NCBI GenBank assembly: GCA_964016885.1
Contig: OZ024751.1
Coordinates: forward strand, 34,162,001-34,226,000
From: Eledone cirrhosa
Lineage: Eukaryota
Length of the DNA: 64,000 nt
Direction: 5' to 3'
How positions within the stretch are numbered: position 1 is the stretch's first letter; the number at the start of each line of letters is the position of its first letter. Below, in pieces: positions 56,066 through 64,000 of this stretch. Below the pieces are notes generated by a model. It had not been told where the DNA came from and did no database searches. It saw only the letters and a list, made by a program, of their open reading frames with translations. The position numbers and the translations under genes were made by a program.

Positions 56066-57152
56066 GGAATAAGACGCACATAAGCGAGATCCAACAACTG
56101 GCAAAATATCTATTTAGCAAGAGATAATCTTATATATATTAGTATAGAATGTAATAGACCTCAGTAAGTTTTAGGGAGGTGTGAACCAGATGGTTGATGA
56201 ATAGAATAGCATATCCGCGAAATGAATGTGCAAGTGACTGAGTACTCTACTGACATGTTTACCTAATTTTCAAAATTATTCTGCGTGACATGATCTGTGA
56301 GAAGGGTGTGGCCCTTTGCATTAGAAATACATTATACCCAAACAGACTTTCTAAGAGTTTCTTTTTAACCAGTTCCATGCACATGGCTTGGTTTGATCCG
56401 AGGTTATGGCAAACGAAACTTGTCCAAGCTGGCCACACATTCAGAACGAAAAGAGAAACATATGATTGTGAAATGAACTTGTAAACCATTCGGTCATGTT
56501 GTGATATTTAAGAGGCATAGTAAATATTTGCACATATTTTCAAGCATTCTACATATGGAGATAGATCTGCTATGCATTCGGAAGGAGAAGAATTCGTTCA
56601 GCCTTTTATAAATATATATAATGAAATGTCAAAAGGTTGGAGCCTAGACTGAGAAGTAAATAAATGTAACATTTGAGTTGGTAACGTTTGTAACGTTCTT
56701 ATTGATTAATATAGCGTTTGAAAATACTCTTTTACGAACAGCATAATACATAATTATTTTACTAATGTGTCTAGATGTACCACCCAATACACACCCACAA
56801 ACACACGTACGGGGGCGCTTATTATATCTTCCTCCCTTTCTCTCATCTTTCTTTCATGACCATGTACACACACATACACACACTTATATATGTGTGTGTA
56901 TATACGAAAGCATGTACACATAAACAACTGTATTTTTTATATTTTTAATGAATGTATATATGCATGAGTATATATAATATATATATATATATATTTACAT
57001 ACATAAATACATATATAGAGATATACATACAGAAACATACATAGTCTGGTCTTATTGTACAAATATACAATTATACATACGCACACATACACATACATAT
57101 ACAAACGTAAACATTAATGACAATACTTCCTTCATATACATACACACACACA

Positions 57153-57195
<43 letters not shown>

Positions 57196-58374
57196 GCATG
57201 TGAGAGAGAGTGAGAAAGAGAAGAACTGAACATAAGTTGGCAATAGCTTTTCAGATTTCCGAGTTCCTTCACTCCTCTCTTCAATACAATAAACATATCA
57301 TTCAATGCCGAAGGGAAGTAAGTTTGAACAATCAAATTTTAAAATATAAATTACATTATTGCCACAAACACAAAATCTGCTTTTGCACTAAAACCTTCTC
57401 TTTTTCCCCCCACCTCTCTATTTCTATCTAAATGTATGTATATACGGATATATAGTTCTCTCTCTCTCTCGCTCTCTCTCTCTCTCTCCCCTCTCTCTCT
57501 CCCTCTCTCTGTATATATATATATATTATGCTGTAACAATAATTGAAATAGTTACTTTATTCAAAGTTTGAATGTCAGAATTGTTATTACATTTTTCAAG
57601 AAATCCATTGAAAGGAGTGAAATAAGTGAGTTGAGAATCGCGCAGAACATTTAAAGCATTTAAAACTTGCTTCCATCTTTTGTTGATGTCAGTATTTTTA
57701 GTAATGCATTCTACGTTTGGTAATACTTCTTGTTTGGATATTGGCCACATTACATTCCTTCTCTCTCTTTATAAAATATATTTATATATATATATATAGA
57801 GAGAGAGATGTTTATATATGGATGTGTGTGTATATACATATATATATATATGTGTGTGTGTGTTATACACTCTAAATGTATTATTAAGTTGTCTGTACTT
57901 TTAATTTCAAACGTGCTTCTTTTTGTTGTTTATCCTCGTACTCATTTATGTTGTTTATTTACATATGTTATTGATTTATATTTCGTTTGTTATTATTCTA
58001 TTTGAATTCTTCATTTCTACACAATTTGGTACCGTGTAACCTTTCACTGGTGCCATTTTCTTCTTTAGAAACCTTTCCAATTAAATAACAAGCAAATATT
58101 TTGCTTCGGGTAGAAAACAGCACTTTCAGAGATTTCAGGTGAAAGAATCTCAATATTCCCTTAAAGACTCATAGTAAATGTGTTGAATATAATGGATGAA
58201 AACTGGATTGAATCAGAAATATATTGGTTCGATCTTCACTCTCTACAGTTGATATCTATTTTAACCCTCACAGATGATAAATATATTGTTTTGACACTGT
58301 GAAATAGCTTGTGTTTACAAAGGTGGAGTTAAAGTGTTGTGTAAATATATTCTTTTACTGGTTCCAGTATGGTG

Positions 58375-58572
58375 GTGGATTGCTAGAATCGTTAGAGCGT
58401 CGAACACATTCTTATGTTTCCAGCTTTTTACGTTATGAGTTCATATTCCGCCGAGGTTGACTCTGCTTATCTCCCTTCCGAGATCGATAAATTAGTCAAA
58501 TGTTATGATCGATGTAATCAACTTTCCTCTTCCACGAAATTGCTGCCTTTTGCCAATATTAGAAATAATTAT
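58375..58572 (+). mobile_element. Diverged Nin-type SINE
   Basis: gagttcatattccgccgaggttgactctgc...gatcgataaa. Confidence 0.6.
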
Positions 58573-59665
58573 TTTACTGGCTTCAGGTCATACTGGAGTG
58601 GCATTTTAAATAGATTTAGTCGATCATATCGACCCCACAATATATTTTAATTCTCTATTTGTCATATTGCTGTCTTTAAATTGTGTTAATTACAAATAAC
58701 TAAAACACGTTTACGTTATAAAAAGGACAAAAATGAAAGATTAAAATAAAAAAGAAAGTAAGGAAATGGTAACAGATAAACTCTACCATTCTAAGATGGA
58801 CAGCATAGCTCAACTGAGTCACTAAAGCAGAGCCACGGTGTACAACCAGATATAATACACTCTTCCAGTGTTGAATTAAAGTAAAACTTTTCAACGACAA
58901 TAATAATTAACCTTTGAACCACCTTGTAAATATGTCAAAAATACCTTCCACAGTTTTGAACACCCAGCCGCCAAACAGCTAGGTGTCAATTAGTTTATTT
59001 ATGTGGTTATATTCGAAACAAAATTGCCGAAGGTTTTAAATATTTATTTGCCATTAATGCATAAATATATTATTTTGCATTTACGATCGAAATATTTCAG
59101 AAATCTTAAATTTTGGAAATGTCTTCTGTCATCTTTATATGGAGAGAAAAAAAAATGTAATATATTTCTAAATAATCGCAAATATACTATTACGAACATA
59201 ATGAAATATCTACTCAATTGGACGATTTTTTTTAGGCTTTCTTGATACTTCTTGGACAATTTAATAATTGCAAGCTGTCATTCTTTAAAATACGGGGAAG
59301 AAGGGAAAAATTGTATGAGCAATGTAAGTGGATGTAATATAAATAAAACTTGATATTTTTTGTTCGTTTGGTAACGAGGGAACGAAGAGCGAGAGAGAAA
59401 GGATGAATTATCGAGAGAAAGATAGATTTAGGTGAGAAAAGTGAGTGAACGAAACGGGGAAAAAGAGTGGTGGTGAGAGGAGTAGGCGGGGGGAGAATAT
59501 CTCTATAATAGGCAATGAACACATTTGAAGAAAAACCTAAGCGCCATATTTATCTTCCGGTGCTACGAGAACAAAATCCAGTATGGTCTCCATTAAAAAC
59601 ACAATACACCCCCACATATACATATATATATATACATACATACATACATATATACATATATACAT

Positions 59666-59760
<95 letters not shown>

Positions 59761-59767
59761 TAGATAG

Positions 59768-59818
<51 letters not shown>

Positions 59819-59829
59819 TAGATAGATAC

Positions 59830-59868
<39 letters not shown>

Positions 59869-59873
59869 GATAG

Positions 59874-59908
<35 letters not shown>

Positions 59909-59945
59909 TATATATAGACACATATATATATGTATATATATATAG

Positions 59946-60068
<123 letters not shown>

Positions 60069-60424
60069 GAGAAGGAGAATAAAAAGATAATTATTTCAAT
60101 AAAATGTCTTATAAATAATATAACATTACGAAAACAATTACTCACAAAAGACTGGATTGACAAATTGAAATGTGAAAAAGAAAATGTAAGATTATCGAAA
60201 GTTGAAATTCCTGGTTAATTTCCGAAACCTGGAACGTCATAAGAATATCAAACTTATTTTATAGTGTTTTCAAGGCTATTGCTGTCTTAACCAGGACAAT
60301 TATTGTGTTAGAGAAAGTTATTGCTTCACGTATTTAGGGGTTTCTGACAGATCCTAGAGGATAAGTACTGGAAACTCAATTTTGCAGAAGCATAGTTGAA
60401 AAACACGCCGTTAAAATTTTATAT

Positions 60425-60602
60425 TGGTTTTCAAATTTGAGCACAAGGCCAGCAAATTTGGGACGAAGGGCACAGTACTTTGTTTATCGACCCCAGAAAG
60501 ATTACAAAGTTGATCCAGGTGGGATTTGAATTGAGTATTTAAACATCCAGGGCAAATAACTCAATGGTATTTTATCCGACTGTCTAACATTTCTGCCAAT
60601 CT
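60425..60602 (-). mobile_element. Diverged Nin-type SINE
   Basis: gcacaaggccagc...tttatcgacccc...gggatttgaa. Confidence 0.55.
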
Positions 60603-61010
60603 AATAACCCCAGTTGGACATATATTAAATCGCACACTGAACAGCTGGGGTTTGATGGATGTAAATAGATTGTAAAAGAGGTATTCAGCTCTAAATGTAG
60701 TTACAATAAGAACTGAAATTCGGGGGAAGCAGTTCATTTGTTTTCATTCTACGGAAAAATTAGTAAATAAGACATCTGATTACTATATTATGGTGTAATG
60801 ACTTCTCAGATATCTTCATTCATAGAAGAATTCTAGAAGACAAGGTGGACTAAATTATGTGGATTAAATGTTAGTGGGCTACAGAAGGTGAGGATGAATA
60901 TATATATATATGTCTTGAACATTTTCCTATTACCCACTCTACTACTCTAAGTATTGAGTACTCCTCTGGTGAGTTATGGTTCACCTCGTTCCTTACCACA
61001 CTTCCTTCGT

Positions 61011-61090
<80 letters not shown>

Positions 61091-61593
61091 ACATTTGGGG
61101 AAATTAAGAAATAAGACAACGGAGGAAAACAAGCCAGAACGAAAAAGGAAGTACTTTAAAAAAAGATATTTTTTTTTAGCAAAAATATAAACAAAATACA
61201 TAAGAATTCAAGGTCTTCAGCCGTTTAGATGGACTTTAGCAGATTCGACTACTACCGACATTCGAGCTTACATACACCGACACACACACCCAGATGCACA
61301 CATCCACAGCCAGAGAAGGACACACATATATAAAGCTTCTCTTGTCTATCAATGTCGTAAATGACATAATATATATCTATTACGTCATATTTTCATAGCA
61401 AACATTGAAACACAAAATATGAAATATGTATGTTAGTGGTTTGAAAATTATTTATTCTAAATTTTAAAATATTCAATATTATTTAGAAATATACACATAT
61501 ATTGCTGCAAAGACGCACGCACACACATACATACTCACATACACACATACAAACACACATATATATATTAAGTAGAAATATACACACACACAT

Positions 61594-61656
<63 letters not shown>

Positions 61657-61893
61657 TAAATAAATAAAGTGTGTTTATCGAGTGGTATATGTCTATGTTT
61701 GTGTGTATAAAATATGTTTATGTTGTAGGAAAATACAAATAGCTTACATGTATTTAATTTATAATGGCGGATTGTAAGTAATTATTATCCATAGCGGAAT
61801 TTAGTTACACATGCCATCAAATATAACCGCCAACTTAATATCAATATTTATTGAATTATGAATAATTTTCCTTTCTTTCCATATATATGTATG

Positions 61894-62141
<248 letters not shown>

Positions 62142-62148
62142 ATATATA

Positions 62149-62192
<44 letters not shown>

Positions 62193-62369
62193 TGTGTCTA
62201 TATATATATATGTATATATGTGTGTGTGTATATATATATATATTCAACGGATTACTAATGTTATTGTCCACTACCACCACCACTGCTGCTACTTTGATTA
62301 ATATCACTATTTTAGTAGTTATCATTATTGTTAGAATTACTATTACTACTATTATTATAATTACAGCCA

Positions 62370-62398
62370 ATACTACTACCACCACCACTACATCTACC

Positions 62399-62430
<32 letters not shown>

Positions 62431-62461
62431 AACCACCACCATTACTACCACCACCACTACC

Positions 62462-62505
<44 letters not shown>

Positions 62506-62512
62506 AACCAAC

Positions 62513-62544
<32 letters not shown>

Positions 62545-62640
62545 CACCACCACTACTACAACCACCACCACTACTACAACCACCACTACTACCACCACTA
62601 CTACTACTACAACCACCACTACTACTACCACCATCATTAC
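62370..62640. repeat. (ACT/ACC)n trinucleotide repeat
   Basis: Direct inspection. Confidence 0.9.
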
Positions 62641-62771
62641 TACTGTTAATACGACTAAAATTATGAAATATTTATGATCAGATCATTGATATGTAATGAT
62701 TAACGGAGTTATGATTTATAACTCTCCTCTACACGCGTGTGTGTAATGTGTTGATATGTGTGGATGTGTGG

Positions 62772-62875
<104 letters not shown>

Positions 62876-63352
62876 GTGTGTGTGTGTGTTGATATGTGTG
62901 TATGTGTGTATTGATATGTGTGTAGGTGTCGGCCACTGTGTGTATATGTGTGTTGATATGTATATGTAGGTTTATAACTTAGTAACACTCGTCCAGACAC
63001 ACACACATACACACACACACATATATATATATATAATGTGTGCATATGTATTGATATATATATATATGTATGTGTTTATAAGTGTCGGCCAGTGTGTGTA
63101 TGTGGCTCTGTCAATAACATTGTTCAATGCTATCTATCATATCACGTTATACGAACGAATTCTCTCACACACACACATACAAACCCAGACATACACAATA
63201 CACACATACACATACACAATACATACACACATATACACACAATACACACATACACATACACACACAATATACACAGATATCTGTGTATATTTCTGGAGAT
63301 TTCTCCGAACAGTAAACAAACAATGCATTTGCAAGTCTAGGTTTAAGCATGT

Positions 63353-63428
<76 letters not shown>

Positions 63429-63847
63429 GTCTGTGTCTGTCTCTCTCTGTCTGTCTCTCTCTCTCTCTGTCTCTCTCTCTCTCTCTCTTACTCTTTCTCT
63501 TTCTCTCTTTCTCTCTCTCTCTCTTATATATATATAACAATAGAGAGTGGTGAATGATTGAATTAAATATGTAGAGATTTAGATAGATGCCAGTGCAGGG
63601 TTTTCTAAAAGTGCTCAATAAATTAACCTGAAGTTATATACATACATGTATGTATAGATATGTATATATAGTTTTGTTGGTTACTGGAGATGGTACTAGT
63701 CTACTATAGCAGAATATGAGATAATGCTGTCTCACATTGAAATGCTTTATTCCATGTCGAAAGTTACATGGAGTCACGTATATCATAAAAACCTCGAGCC
63801 AATCATCAGTGGAACACATTTGCATTCGATATCCCCGAAAAACATTG

Positions 63848-63902
<55 letters not shown>

Positions 63903-64000
63903 TTGGGTGTAGTGGGTGTTTGTGTATTTTAGTAATCTTCAAAATATTGTTCGGTCCTCACAAATGCTATAGATCTATACACATATATATATGTGTGTGT

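Noticed and set aside
56259-57750. Possible host exons (56259-56489 minus, 57255-57317 plus with ag/gtaagt ends, 57526-57750 minus)
   Set aside because: No recognisable domain and inconsistent strands; RNA-seq would be needed.

Overview
This is AT-rich eukaryotic DNA saturated with (TA)n, (CA)n and (GA)n microsatellites; the SINE content suggests an octopus or other cephalopod, which is an inference. Almost all long ORFs in the track are microsatellite translations, and I can support no host gene. Recognisable mobile DNA includes a 5'-truncated Penelope-like element (PLE) with a GIY-YIG endonuclease C-terminus (20157-21158, minus strand), a CR1/L2-type LINE endonuclease region cut by an assembly gap (46999-48477), decayed RTE LINE fragments, many tRNA-derived SINEs and a 57-bp minisatellite. 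The main unexplained structure is a dense, diverse set of short non-coding elements embedded in (TA)n tracts. They are built as long inverted repeats plus a one-sided tail and carry minimal type I hammerhead ribozyme (HHR) motifs (CUGANGA...GAAA with a palindromic stem III), often one per strand. About 12 well-formed motifs and several decayed ones are visible, seven of them within 43.3-45.3 kb. Two use a compensatory U3-A8 core. Shared tail sequences link one of these hairpins to the GIY-YIG PLE. PLE-associated HHRs are known in general; these particular fold-back families may be undescribed. All structures were folded by eye, not computed.
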